From: an uncultured Candidatus Binatia bacterium
GTDB lineage: Bacteria > Desulfobacterota > Binatia > UBA9968 > JAJDTQ01
Assembly: GCA_964291295.2 (NCBI GenBank)
Contig: OZ219754.1
Coordinates: forward strand, 256,001 to 320,000
Direction: 5' to 3'
Length of the DNA stretch: 64,000 nt
A program made the position numbers and the translations under genes. A model generated the notes under the pieces. The model searched no databases. It worked only from the letters and a program-made list of their open reading frames with translations, and was not told where the DNA came from. This document shows, one piece after another, positions 39,756 to 49,837 of this stretch; the first letter of the stretch is position 1, and every line of letters starts with the position of its first letter.

Positions 39756-40770
39756 ATGATGGCACAAGGTTATTTCAAGGACCGGTGGTGAGGGCGACGA
39801 CATCCTGACGGGCGGTATTGGCGACGATACGCTGGACGGCGGCATGGGCGACGACAGGCTGAACGGGGGCGACGGCGACGACCGGCTGTATGGCGGCAAC
39901 GGGGACGACACGGTGGAGGGGGGTTCTGGGAACGACTCCGTGTTCGGGGGGCAAGGCGACGACAGGCTGAGAGGCGGTCGGGGCGGGGACAAGCTGTTTG
40001 GCGGCTTGGGGGCGGACACTTTCGCATTCGCGGTGGGGGACGGTGCCGACAGGATCGTGGATTTCGAGGCGGGGGACACCATCGAGATTGCCGGGGTGTC
40101 TGGCGGGTTCCCGGAACTGGTGATCGAGCAGGAGGGCACCAATGCGGTCATCCGCTACGGCGAGGGAGACAGGATCACGTTGCAGGGCGTGACCGCGGCC
40201 TCTCTCGGCGCGGAGGATTTCCACTTCCTTCCGGTGGAGACGGGGGGCGAGGAGGGCGCCGCTCCGCAGGGCGACCCGCCGCAGGACAACGCTCAACAGG
40301 GTGCCCCTCAGCAAGGCGCTCCGGTGCAGGATACCCCGCAGGGTGGCAACGACGGCGACGCCTTGCGGGGCCAGCTCTTGGGCAGGAGGGTGCTCACGGG
40401 CGGCAAAGGCGCGGACACGCTGCGGGGTGGCGAGGACGACGACACGCTGAAGGGCGGTGCCGGTGCCGACATGCTGGGGGGTGGCAAGGGCGGCGATGTC
40501 CTGATGGGCCTTGAGGGCGACGATACGCTGCGGGGCCGCCAAGGCGACGATACGCTGCGGGGCGGTGCCGGTGCCGACATGCTGGAGGGAGGCAAGGGCG
40601 ACGACACGCTGGAGGGCGGGGAGGGCGGCGAATATGATGACCTGAATATTTCTCAAGATGGCAACGACACGATAATCAAAGCCCGTGAAGCCAGTGAAAC
40701 CTGGCAGATCGTTATCGAGGGCACAGTCGATTCGACTCTGGTTGAAAGCGATTTCTCTTTTATCGCGTGA
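39756..40770 (+). pseudogene. hemolysin-type Ca-binding (RTX) repeat protein with a 5' frameshift
   Basis: Many GGxGxDxL nonapeptides and a T1SS-like tail (SDFSFIA). The RBS-linked ATG at 39756 is one base out of frame with the repeats, whose frame has a TGA at 39757. An intact ORF runs from 39844. Confidence 0.7.
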
Positions 40771-40795
40771 TCGGGACGTGACCTGATGTCGGAGA

Positions 40796-40823
40796 GGAAG
40801 GGCGGCCATGGGCCGCCCTTTTC
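40796..40823 (+). terminator. intrinsic terminator after the RTX gene
   Basis: AAGGGCGGCC-ATG-GGCCGCCCTT followed by TT. Confidence 0.65.
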
Positions 40824-41039
40824 GCATCTCCGCATTGGCCCGCGCAGGGCCGCGTGACCTGCGGGTCCACTTCATGTGTCAACGACCTTCGGACGGCAAA
40901 TGACAGGCCGGGTTTCAACCCGGACTACGCAGCTCCTCCAACCCGGCAAGCTTGCGGGCATCGCCCTGCCCCCAGCCAGCTGCCGGCGGTCCGGCGCTTT
41001 GACTCCGTCCGCGGAGCGGTGGTATGCTCCGCGTCCAGC

Positions 41040-42077
41040 ATGCCTCGCTCCGCCACTCCTTCCGCCATCGTGGCCGACCCGGTGTTCCTCAGGCACCAGC
41101 CCGGCCCTCATCATCCCGAGAGCCCGCAGCGGCTGAAGACGCTCCTCCATCTCGCGGACGAGGTGGTGGGCGGCGGCAACGACTTCGAACGCCTGCCATT
41201 GCGCGCGGCGGTGCAGGGCGAACTGGAGTTGTGCCACGGCCCGGGCTACGTGGCGCAAGTGCGCTCCACATCCGAGCACGACCAGTGCGCGCTGGACGGC
41301 GACACCGTCACCTGCCGCGACTCCTTCGGAGTGGCACTGATGGCCGCCGGGGGGTTCCTGCAGGTGCTGGACGGCGTGGCGGCGGCCGAGTACGCCAACG
41401 GCTTCACCATGGTGCGGCCGCCGGGACACCACGCGCTGCGGGACCGGGCCATGGGTTTCTGCCTGTTCAACACCGTGGCCATCGGTGCGCGTTATCTCCA
41501 GAAGGTGCACGGAGCCGGGCGGGTGGCCATCGTGGACTGGGACGTGCACCACGGCAACGGCTCGCAGGACGCCTTCTACGACGACCCGTCGGTGCTCTTC
41601 CTGTCCACCCACCAGTACCCCTTCTACCCGGGGACCGGAGCCGCCCACGAGACAGGCAGCGGCGAGGGCGAAGGATACACCGTGAACGTCCCGCTTCCGG
41701 CGGGCTGCGGCAACGCCGAGTACCTGGCGGTCTTCAGGGAGATCATCGTCCCTGCCATCGAACGCTACCAGCCTGAATGGCTGCTGGTTTCGGCCGGCTT
41801 CGACGCGCACCGGGACGATCCTCTGGCGTCCATGACCGTCACCGAGGAAGGCTTCGGCGTCATGGCCGATGCCTTGCTGGAACTGGCCCGAAAACACGCC
41901 GGCGGCAGGATCGCCTTTCTGTTGGAGGGCGGCTATGACCTGACCGCGTTGCGCAACTCCGTGGCCACGGTGCTGGACCGCATGCGGTCCGACGAGGCCG
42001 CGCGGCTGGACAGCGACGGCGGTCGTGCCGCGGCGCGCATCCGGGAAGTCCTTCAGATCCACGAAAAGTACGGGTAG
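41040..42077 (+). CDS. histone deacetylase family amidohydrolase
   Basis: HPESPQR, RPPGHHA, GFCLFN, DWDVHHGNG, SAGFDAH and LEGGY. Confidence 0.93.
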   Translation: MPRSATPSAIVADPVFLRHQPGPHHPESPQRLKTLLHLADEVVGGGNDFERLPLRAAVQGELELCHGPGYVAQVRSTSEHDQCALDGDTVTCRDSFGVALMAAGGFLQVLDGVAAAEYANGFTMVRPPGHHALRDRAMGFCLFNTVAIGARYLQKVHGAGRVAIVDWDVHHGNGSQDAFYDDPSVLFLSTHQYPFYPGTGAAHETGSGEGEGYTVNVPLPAGCGNAEYLAVFREIIVPAIERYQPEWLLVSAGFDAHRDDPLASMTVTEEGFGVMADALLELARKHAGGRIAFLLEGGYDLTALRNSVATVLDRMRSDEAARLDSDGGRAAARIREVLQIHEKYG

Positions 42078-42091
42078 AGCGGCGGGCGCAC

Positions 42092-43345
42092 ATGGGAAAT
42101 TCCAACGGACGCAGAGTGGTCGTTACCGGAATGGGAATGCTGACGCCCCTGGGCATCGGCGTGGACGCCAACTGGGCGGCGATTCAGGCGGGGCGCTCGG
42201 GCATCGGCCCCATCACCCGCATCAAGGACATCGAATCGTTCTCGAGCCGCATCGCCGGCGAGGTCGACGACTTCAACCCACAGGACTTCATTGATGCGCG
42301 CGAAGTCAAGAAGATGGACCTGTTCATGCAGTACGCGCTGGCCGCGGCCCAACTGGCCGTCGAGGACAGCGGGTTCGAGGTGGACGGCGACCAGGCGTTC
42401 CGGGCCGGATCCATCGTGGGCGTGGGCTTCTGCGGCATCGCCACCATCGAGCACTACCACGAAGTGTACCTGAAGCAGGGGCCGCGCAGGATCTCCCCCT
42501 TCTTCATCCCCAAGGTCATCTCCAATCTGGCACCGGGACAGATCGCCATCCGCTACGGCCTGAAGGGGGTCAACTGGACGCCGACATCGGCCTGCGCCTC
42601 GGGCAACAACGCGCTGGGAGAAGCCTTCCACCTGATTCGGGACGGCCGGCAGGATGCGGTCATCGCCGGCGGAACCGAGGCTGCCACGACTCCCCTGGGA
42701 CTGGGCGGGTTCAGCGCCATGAAAGCGCTGTCCACGCGCAACGACGAGCCCGAGCGGGCCAGCCGGCCCTTCGACAGGGAGCGGGACGGATTCGTCATGT
42801 CGGAAGGCGCGGGCATGCTGGTGCTGGAGGAGCGCGAGCGCGCCCTCCGCCGAGGCGCCCGGGTCTACGCCGAGATCATCGGCTACGCCACCAACGGCGA
42901 CGCCTATCACATCACCTCCCCGGCGCCGGAGGGAGAAGGAGCCGCCCGCTGCATGGCGCTGAGCCTCGAAGACGCCGGCATCGCGGCCGGGGACGTGGAC
43001 TACATCAACGCCCACGGCACCTCGACCCCATACAACGACGCCAACGAAACCACGGCCATCAAGGCGGTCTTCGGCGACCACGCCCGCGCCCTGGCCATCA
43101 GTTCCACCAAGTCCATGACCGGCCATCTGCTGGGCGCGGCCGGTGCGGTGGAGGCCATCTACAGCGTGCTGGCGCTCCATCACGGCGTGCTTCCGCCCAC
43201 CATCAACTACGAGACGCCGGACCCCGACTGTGATCTCGACTACGTACCCAACCAACCGCGGCAGGCGGACGTCGGCATCGCCCTTTCCAACTCCTTCGGA
43301 TTCGGCGGCACCAACGCGTGTATCCTGTTCAGGAAGGCGACATGA
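42092..43345 (+). CDS. fabF: 3-oxoacyl-ACP synthase II
   Basis: SACASG (Cys), NAHGTST (His), GHLLGAAG (His) and SNSFGFGG. Confidence 0.95.
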   Translation: MGNSNGRRVVVTGMGMLTPLGIGVDANWAAIQAGRSGIGPITRIKDIESFSSRIAGEVDDFNPQDFIDAREVKKMDLFMQYALAAAQLAVEDSGFEVDGDQAFRAGSIVGVGFCGIATIEHYHEVYLKQGPRRISPFFIPKVISNLAPGQIAIRYGLKGVNWTPTSACASGNNALGEAFHLIRDGRQDAVIAGGTEAATTPLGLGGFSAMKALSTRNDEPERASRPFDRERDGFVMSEGAGMLVLEERERALRRGARVYAEIIGYATNGDAYHITSPAPEGEGAARCMALSLEDAGIAAGDVDYINAHGTSTPYNDANETTAIKAVFGDHARALAISSTKSMTGHLLGAAGAVEAIYSVLALHHGVLPPTINYETPDPDCDLDYVPNQPRQADVGIALSNSFGFGGTNACILFRKAT

Positions 43346-44337
43346 CACAGACAACACCGCGCAGCGTCATACGGGGTACGGGTTCCGCCGTTCCCTCCAC
43401 GGTGGTCACCAACGACGACCTGGCCCGAATCGTCGACACCAGCGACGAGTGGATCACCGCCCGAACGGGCATCCGGGAACGCCGGGTGCTGGAACAGGAC
43501 CAAGCCGCTTCGGACCTGGCGCGTAGCGCCTCGGAGCAGGCGCTGGACGATGCCGGCATCGACGCCGCCGACCTCGACGCCATCATCGTGGGCACCTGTA
43601 CGGCGGATTACCAGTTTCCCAGCCTGGCATGCGTGCTGGAAGCCAAACTGGAGGCGAAGAACGTCTTCTCGTTCGACGTCAACGCCGCCTGCTGCGGTTT
43701 CCTGAACGCCCTGTCGGTGACGGACATGTTCATCCGCTCCGGGCGTATCCGCAATGCCCTGGTGGTGGGCACCGACGTGCTGAGCCGCTTTCTCGACTGG
43801 CAGGATCGCAGCACCTGCATCCTGTTCGGGGACGGCGCCGGCGCCGCGGTGCTGAGCGCAAGCGACAACGGCGACCGCGGCATCCTCAGCAGCAGGCTGC
43901 AGACCGACGGCTCCCATGCCGAGACCCTCTACATACGGGCCGGCGGCTCCAAGAAGCCGGCGACCCTGGAGACCGTGGAGAAACGGCAGCACTCGATCTA
44001 CATGAACGGCAAGGAGGTCTTCAAGGTGGCGGTGCGGTCCATGGAAGAGATCAGCCGCCAGGTGCTTGCCGAAGCCGGCCTGGGCGTGGACGACGTCTCC
44101 CTCGTGGTGCCCCACCAGGCCAACCGCAGGATCATCACCGCCCTGGCCTCGCGGCTCGAAATCCCCATGGAGAAAGTCATCGTCAACGTGGACAAGTACG
44201 GCAACACGTCGGCGGCGTCCATCCCCGTCGCTCTGGACGAGGTGCGGCGGGAAGGCCGCATCGCCGACGGCGATGTGGTTCTGCTGAACGCTTTTGGCGC
44301 CGGCTTCGCCTGGGGCGCCGCGGTCATCCGGTTCTGA
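43342..44337 (+). CDS. fabH: 3-oxoacyl-ACP synthase III
   Basis: DTSDEWI..RTGI, AAC, LFGDGAGA, PHQAN and GNTSAAS. Confidence 0.95.
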   Translation: MTQTTPRSVIRGTGSAVPSTVVTNDDLARIVDTSDEWITARTGIRERRVLEQDQAASDLARSASEQALDDAGIDAADLDAIIVGTCTADYQFPSLACVLEAKLEAKNVFSFDVNAACCGFLNALSVTDMFIRSGRIRNALVVGTDVLSRFLDWQDRSTCILFGDGAGAAVLSASDNGDRGILSSRLQTDGSHAETLYIRAGGSKKPATLETVEKRQHSIYMNGKEVFKVAVRSMEEISRQVLAEAGLGVDDVSLVVPHQANRRIITALASRLEIPMEKVIVNVDKYGNTSAASIPVALDEVRREGRIADGDVVLLNAFGAGFAWGAAVIRF

Positions 44338-44367
44338 CCGCGCTCCCCGGGGAATCGACGCCTTCAC

Positions 44368-45234
44368 GTGATCCCGGCCGAAGCCTTCGCCCTCGCCTGC
44401 GGCCTGTTCACGGCCATCAATCTGACCCTCCTCAAGAAGGGGTTGGCACACGGCAACACCGTCACCGCCATTGTCATCTCCCTGGCCATCAACGTGGTGT
44501 CCTTCTGGAGCTTCGTCCTGGTGGTGTTCCCGTGGGACCAGATCCTGCGCCCGGGGCTGCTGGTCTTCGTACTGGTGGGGCTGATCCAGCCCGGCGGCAC
44601 CCGCTACCTGGCCTACCTGAGCGTGGAGAAGGTGGGCGTCGCGGTGACCGCGCCGCTCCGGGCCACCACACCGCTGTTCTCGTCGCTGATGGCCATCGCC
44701 GTGCTGGGGGAGCAACTCACGCCGGCAGTGGGGGCGGGAACGGCGCTGGTGTTCGCCGGCGTCACCCTGCTGAGCCTGCGCGAGGAGAAAAACGGCGGCT
44801 GGATGAACATCCTGGTCACGCTGCCGCTCCTGAGCGCCTTCGTGGCCGGCTCCACCCAGGTCATCCGCAAGATCGGTCTGGCACAGATCAACCTGCCGAT
44901 CCTGGCGGCCGCGGTCACCACCGGCACCTCCCTTGCCGCCGTGGCCCTGTCGCTGACCGTCTCGCGGAAGTGGTCCACCCTCGACTTCAACCGGGACTCC
45001 CTGGGCTACTTCATGCTGGCGGGCTGCGCCGTGACCCTGGGCGTCGCCAGCATCTACATGTCGCTGTATCTGTCGGACGTGGTCATCGTCGCGCCCCTGG
45101 CGAGCCTCAGCCCGCTCTACAGCCTCGTGCTCTCCGCCATCTTCCTGCGCGAGGTCGAGGTCATCACCGTCCGGCGGGTGGCCGCCGCCGTCCTGATCGT
45201 GCTGGGCGTGGTGCTCATCACCGCGATCCGCTGA
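44368..45234 (+). CDS. DMT/EamA family transporter
   Basis: About ten hydrophobic segments with duplicated EamA motifs (AVLGEQL, IFLRE). Confidence 0.85.
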   Translation: MIPAEAFALACGLFTAINLTLLKKGLAHGNTVTAIVISLAINVVSFWSFVLVVFPWDQILRPGLLVFVLVGLIQPGGTRYLAYLSVEKVGVAVTAPLRATTPLFSSLMAIAVLGEQLTPAVGAGTALVFAGVTLLSLREEKNGGWMNILVTLPLLSAFVAGSTQVIRKIGLAQINLPILAAAVTTGTSLAAVALSLTVSRKWSTLDFNRDSLGYFMLAGCAVTLGVASIYMSLYLSDVVIVAPLASLSPLYSLVLSAIFLREVEVITVRRVAAAVLIVLGVVLITAIR

Positions 45235-45317
45235 AGGGCATCCGGCAGGGGAGCCCGAAGCCCGGAGGGAAGCCGCGGGAGGAGGGCCGGCCGGCTGTTG
45301 AAAGTTCGCGCCCGGGG

Positions 45318-45348
45318 AGTCACATTCCGCAGAAAGTCACATTCCGCA
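45318..45348 (+). promoter_or_regulatory. AGTCACATTCCGCA direct repeat (17-bp period) overlapping a candidate promoter
   Basis: Two exact copies. TTGAAA (45298)-N17-CACATT (45321) lies upstream of the DUF1989 gene. Confidence 0.5.
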
Positions 45349-45364
45349 ACCAGGGAGGCCGAGA

Positions 45365-45997
45365 ATGAAGAAGATATTCGCCGGGCACGTTCCCGCCAAC
45401 AGCGGCTGGTCCGGGGATCTCAGGCAGGGACAGACCATCCGCATCATCGCCATGTCCACGGTGGACTTCGTGGTGCTGGACCGGCACAACCTGCGGGAGC
45501 GTTTCGACCAGGCGCGCACCAAGGTCTACAACGGCAAGCTTTTCCTGAGCACCGGCGACAAGCTGATGTCGCGGGACAATCACCACTTCATGACCATCGT
45601 GGCGGATACCTTCGAGGAAGGGACCCACGACCTGCAGAAGGGCATGTGCAGCGGGCGCCGCTTCCAGTTGGCCAGGGAGGAGGGGCGGCTGCGCGAGTAC
45701 TACCACCGGGACTACCGGGACGACGAGATCCCGGACCATGGTTGCTGGGAGAACCTGTCCCGGGCGCTGGCGCCCTACGACATCGCCCCCGAAGACATCC
45801 CGAACCCCTTCAACATCTTCCAGCACATGATCATCGACGGCAGCACCGGACTCATGCGGCACACCACCGTCCGGCCCAAGCGTCCGACCCATGTGGACAT
45901 GCGAGCGGAGCGGGATCTGCTGGCGGCGTTGAGCGCGTGCCCGGACATGCCGGTGGGCGGCAAACCGGTGGACGTGGAGATCCACGAAGCGGACTGA
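45365..45997 (+). CDS. DUF1989 (urea carboxylase-associated) protein
   Basis: VDF, ERFDQART, HDLQKGMC, HGCWENL, PFNIFQ and AERDLL.ALSACP. Confidence 0.85.
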   Translation: MKKIFAGHVPANSGWSGDLRQGQTIRIIAMSTVDFVVLDRHNLRERFDQARTKVYNGKLFLSTGDKLMSRDNHHFMTIVADTFEEGTHDLQKGMCSGRRFQLAREEGRLREYYHRDYRDDEIPDHGCWENLSRALAPYDIAPEDIPNPFNIFQHMIIDGSTGLMRHTTVRPKRPTHVDMRAERDLLAALSACPDMPVGGKPVDVEIHEAD

Positions 45998-46124
45998 GGA
46001 CGCCGGAAGCGGCAGCGCGCCACCCGGAGGCGCGCCGCCGCGGGCGGAGCGTGTCCGCGGTTTCCCCGCGGGACCGCGGGGTTCGGGAATAGTCCGGCGG
46101 TCCGGGGATTCCTTCCGCGGCCCG

Positions 46125-46793
46125 CTACTCGAATCCCATGCGGCGGCCCCAGTTGGAGGGATCTTTGAGGAAATCGACGATCTGGTCCCGGCTCTCCTGG
46201 GAGAAGAAACGCGTTTCCTCGCCGGCGCTCAGGACGTCGTCCCAGTTGGACAGGGCGTGGAGGCTGATGTCGTGGCCGCCCAGGTTCTTCTTCCCCTCGT
46301 GCAGGTCCAACTCGTCCGAACTGTACTCGAAGACGCACAGGCAGTGCGTGATGCGCGCCTTCTGGGCGCGAACGCCGATGTTGAAGCGGAGCTTGCTGAA
46401 GCCGTCCGTCACCAGGTCTTCCACGAGCGTGACCCGCTGCCCCTCGCCGAGCACCCCTTCGATCTGGTTGGTGTGCCCGTAGCCCTTGGGATTCTTGCGG
46501 ATGTAGATCATGGGCTTGCGCAGGTAGTGGGACACGAACGCGGCATAGGGAATGCCGGCGGTTTCGCCGCCGGCCACCACATCCATGTTGTCGAGACCGA
46601 TGTCGCGGCGGGCGATCTGGGCCAGCGCCTCGAGGATCTCGTCCCGGGCTTCCGGAAAGGACAGCAGCCGGCGGCAATCGATGTACACCGGCGAGACCCT
46701 GCCCGAGACGAACACGAACGGCCTCTGGTCGTAAACCTGTATGGATTGCGTGCTCAGCAGCAACTGCGCGATTCTCTTGCCGGTTTCTGACAT
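46125..46793 (-). CDS. pyrE: orotate phosphoribosyltransferase
   Basis: SG..SPVYIDCR.L.SFP, AGGETAGIP and the LVEDLVTDG PRPP loop. Confidence 0.85.
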   Translation of the reverse strand: MSETGKRIAQLLLSTQSIQVYDQRPFVFVSGRVSPVYIDCRRLLSFPEARDEILEALAQIARRDIGLDNMDVVAGGETAGIPYAAFVSHYLRKPMIYIRKNPKGYGHTNQIEGVLGEGQRVTLVEDLVTDGFSKLRFNIGVRAQKARITHCLCVFEYSSDELDLHEGKKNLGGHDISLHALSNWDDVLSAGEETRFFSQESRDQIVDFLKDPSNWGRRMGFE

Positions 46794-47040
46794 GAAAGCG
46801 GCTCCTCAAGGCCCGTCGGGCGGGCGCACGGTCCGCGGGCGGGGTCCATGGACCGTGCGGTCCCGCGGACCCGGCCGGCTCTGCGGGGCCGGCGGTTCCA
46901 GAATGATGGTTTCAGGGTGGCGGTTCCAAGGCTCGTCCGGTGACGTTTCCTAACATGGCCGGCGGCGCTTTGCCACACGTTGTTCCAAGCCGCCGTTTCC
47001 TGTTACCATGCCTTCCTCTCCCGATCGGATGCGTGTTCGG

Positions 47041-48300
47041 ATGGATGTCCCCGAGATCGATCGAAGCAGGCTGTTGCGGGATCTGAACGCGGTCTCCCGC
47101 ATCGGCTTGGGCGAGGGCGGCTCGGTCACCCGGCTGGTGTTCTCGGTGCACGAGTTGCGCGCCCGCCAGTTGCTGGTCCACCTCATGGACCAGGCGGGTC
47201 TTGAGGTACGCGTGGACGCCGTCGGCAACATTTTCGGACGCTTGGCCGGGGCGCGGACAGGCCCCGCGGTGCTGGCCGGCTCCCACCTCGACTCGGTCAT
47301 CCAGGGAGGACGATACGACGGCCCGGTCGGCGTCATCGGCGCCCTCGAGGCGGTGCGGACCATCGGCGAGAGCGGCCTGCCCTTGCCTGTGCCGCTGGAA
47401 AGCGTCTGCTTTGTCGGAGAGGAGTCGAGCCGCTTCGGCTTCGCCACGCTGGGCAGCAGCCTGGTGGCCGGGGACGTCACCGTGGACGACTTCACCCACG
47501 CCGTGGACGCCGGCGGCAACCGGCTCGAGGACGTGCTGTCGAGCCTGGGCATCCACCGGGAGAACCTCGATTCGCTGAAACGCGACCCCGGGACCGTCAA
47601 GGCCTACCTTGAGCTTCACATCGAGCAGGGTCCCGTGCTGGAATCGAGAAAGAAGAAGATCGGCGTCGTCAACGCCATCGCCGCACCCAGCCGGTTCAGG
47701 GTGATCTTCAAGGGGCAGGCCGACCACAGCGGCACCACGCCCATGGAGATGCGCCGGGACGCCCTGGTGGCGGCGGGACACCTCATTACCTACGTCGACG
47801 AGGTCTGCCGGGAACACGCCGCCGCGGACGCGGGCCGGGTGGTGGGCACGGTGGGCACGGTCAAGGCGGAGCCCGGGGTCATCAACGCCATACCGGGGCG
47901 GGCCGAATTGCAGGTGGACGTGCGCAGCATCACGCCGGCCTCGAAGCGCAAGGTGGCCGGGCTGATCAGGAAGCGAGTCCGGCGCATCGCCCGGGAGCGG
48001 GGCGTTACAGCCGAAATCCTCACCATCCGGGAAGAGGAACCGGTGCCGATGCACCCGCGCGTCATCGCGCTGCTCCGCGGCATGTGCGAGTACCGCGGCG
48101 TTCCCTTCGAGGTCATGCCGTCGGGCGCCGGCCACGACGCCATGCAGATGGCCAGGATCACCCCCGCCGGCATGATTTTCATACCCAGCACCCGCGGGGT
48201 GAGCCATAACCCCGCGGAGTGGACCGACCCCGAGGACATCTGCCTTGGCACCCAGCTTCTGGTGGAGGCCCTGCTGAGAGCCGCACATGCAGACATCTAG
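47041..48300 (+). CDS. M20 Zn amidohydrolase (allantoate / N-carbamoyl-amino-acid hydrolase family)
   Basis: GSHLDSV..GG.YDG, EE.SRFG, ELHIEQGP, SGAGHDA and SHNPAE. Confidence 0.9.
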   Translation: MDVPEIDRSRLLRDLNAVSRIGLGEGGSVTRLVFSVHELRARQLLVHLMDQAGLEVRVDAVGNIFGRLAGARTGPAVLAGSHLDSVIQGGRYDGPVGVIGALEAVRTIGESGLPLPVPLESVCFVGEESSRFGFATLGSSLVAGDVTVDDFTHAVDAGGNRLEDVLSSLGIHRENLDSLKRDPGTVKAYLELHIEQGPVLESRKKKIGVVNAIAAPSRFRVIFKGQADHSGTTPMEMRRDALVAAGHLITYVDEVCREHAAADAGRVVGTVGTVKAEPGVINAIPGRAELQVDVRSITPASKRKVAGLIRKRVRRIARERGVTAEILTIREEEPVPMHPRVIALLRGMCEYRGVPFEVMPSGAGHDAMQMARITPAGMIFIPSTRGVSHNPAEWTDPEDICLGTQLLVEALLRAAHADI

Positions 48301-48832
48301 ACCGGCCCGGACGAAGCGCGTGCTGGGCGCGACGCAGATCAGGCGAATCCTCGCGGGCTTTGCCCGCCGCATCTTCGAGGACCACGGCGACGCCGGTCCG
48401 CTGGCGTTCGTCGGCATCCGCACCCGGGGACCGACCCTGGCCCGCCGGGTGGCGGCAGCGCTGAAAGCGGAGCAAGGCCTGTCGGTGCCCGTGGGCGAAC
48501 TCGACGTCACGCTCTACCGCGATGACCTGGACACGCTGCTGCCCAAGGGACGCATCGACGCCACCCGCATCTCCTTCGAGATCGCCGGCAGGACGCTGAT
48601 CCTGTTCGACGACGTGCTCCAGACGGGCCGCACGGTGCGCGCCGCCCTGGACCACCTCATGGCCCTGGGCCGACCCCGGACCATCGTCCTGGCCGTACTG
48701 GTGGACCGGGGCGGACGGGAACTCCCCATCGAGGCCGGTCTCGTCGGCAAGACGGTGCCGCCGTCGAAAGGCGGGGAGGTGCGGGTGAGACTCGCGGAAA
48801 TCGACAAGGCCGACGAGGTCTTGCTGGCTTGA
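48287..48832 (+). CDS. pyrR: PyrR regulator / uracil phosphoribosyltransferase
   Basis: GIRTRG..LA, LD.TLYRDD, DDVL.TGRT.RAA and LVDRG.RELPI. Confidence 0.9.
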   Translation: MQTSRPARTKRVLGATQIRRILAGFARRIFEDHGDAGPLAFVGIRTRGPTLARRVAAALKAEQGLSVPVGELDVTLYRDDLDTLLPKGRIDATRISFEIAGRTLILFDDVLQTGRTVRAALDHLMALGRPRTIVLAVLVDRGGRELPIEAGLVGKTVPPSKGGEVRVRLAEIDKADEVLLA

Positions 48833-48886
48833 TCGGCCGGCTTGCCTGGCACCTGGACAGGATGCGGGGGATTTCCCGGCTGGCCC

Positions 48887-48921
48887 TTGACAACCCATGC
48901 CGATACCCGTATTAGGCATGG
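48887..48921 (+). promoter_or_regulatory. candidate promoter with an overlapping inverted-repeat operator for the ABC operon
   Basis: TTGACA-N17-TATTAG and CCATGCC-N13-GGCATGG (48895-48921). Confidence 0.5.
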
Positions 48922-48982
48922 ATTCCATCGTTGGGCAGGGGTTCCGTCGGATCGGAGTCCTTTCCCGCGCCCGTCCCGTTCC

Positions 48983-49813
48983 ATGAGCACTCCACAGGAA
49001 ATACCTCTCGAAGAAACCGGCGAGTCATCGTTCACCACGTCCGTGAAAGCGGTCTACAACCGCCACCGCATCGGGATCAATTTCAGCCTGTCCACGGTCC
49101 TGGCACTGTTGGTGTGGGAGTTCGTCGACTTCGTCTTCAACGATCCCGACTTCTTCACCGGACCCGTCGCGGTGATGATCGAGTACGGCGTGCTGATCCA
49201 CGAGCCGCGCTTCTGGGAGCATGTGCGCTACAGCGGCACCGAACTGGTGTACGGTTTCGCCCTGGCCGTGGCGCTGGGAGTCCTCATCGGCTCGGCGGTC
49301 GCCTTCAGCCGCACCCTGGACGAGATGTTCTCGCCCATCCTGGTGGGGCTTTACGCCACGCCGCGTTCGGTGGCCGCGCCGCTCTTCATCATCTGGCTGG
49401 GGCTCGGCATCGCCTCCAAGGTCGGCGTCATCACCCTCGCCTCGGTCTTCCCGGTGATCATCAACACGCAGGCCGGCATCAAGAACGTCCAGGGCGAGTT
49501 CCGCATGCTGGGACGGGCCTTCAACATCTCCTTCTGGTCCATGCTGGTGAAGATCATCGTGCCCGGGTCGCTGCCGTTCCTGATCGCCGGTCTGAGGCTG
49601 GGCTACTCCCGGTCGGTGGTCACCATCATGGTGGCCGAGTTGTTCGGAGCCGAGGCCGGCATCGGCTACATGATCGACCAGGCGACACAGACATTCCACG
49701 TCGCGGAGATGATGGTGGGCATCTCGCTGCTGACGATCATGGGCATCGCCGGCAACGAGATGCTGAAGTTCATCGAGCGCTGGGCCACCCCTTACAGACA
49801 GACCATGGTCTAG
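48983..49813 (+). CDS. ABC transporter permease (SsuC/TauC/NitT family)
   Basis: PLFIIWLGLG..SK, EAA-like loop and PGSLPF..AGLRLG. Confidence 0.9.
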   Translation: MSTPQEIPLEETGESSFTTSVKAVYNRHRIGINFSLSTVLALLVWEFVDFVFNDPDFFTGPVAVMIEYGVLIHEPRFWEHVRYSGTELVYGFALAVALGVLIGSAVAFSRTLDEMFSPILVGLYATPRSVAAPLFIIWLGLGIASKVGVITLASVFPVIINTQAGIKNVQGEFRMLGRAFNISFWSMLVKIIVPGSLPFLIAGLRLGYSRSVVTIMVAELFGAEAGIGYMIDQATQTFHVAEMMVGISLLTIMGIAGNEMLKFIERWATPYRQTMV

Positions 49814-49837
49814 GTCGAGGGAGCCGGAAGCAGACCC

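Noticed and set aside
42092-44337. fabF-fabH as a PKS or secondary-metabolite cluster
   Set aside because: Both enzymes have canonical catalytic residues, and no ACP, chain-length factor or tailoring genes are adjacent.
45235-45295. Guanidine-I (ykkC) riboswitch upstream of the DUF1989 gene
   Set aside because: CGGAGGGAAGCCGCGGGAG loosely resembles the 3' consensus, but the CUAGGGUUCCG and AAAAGCCCGG cores are missing. An Infernal search with the ykkC-yxkD model would settle it.
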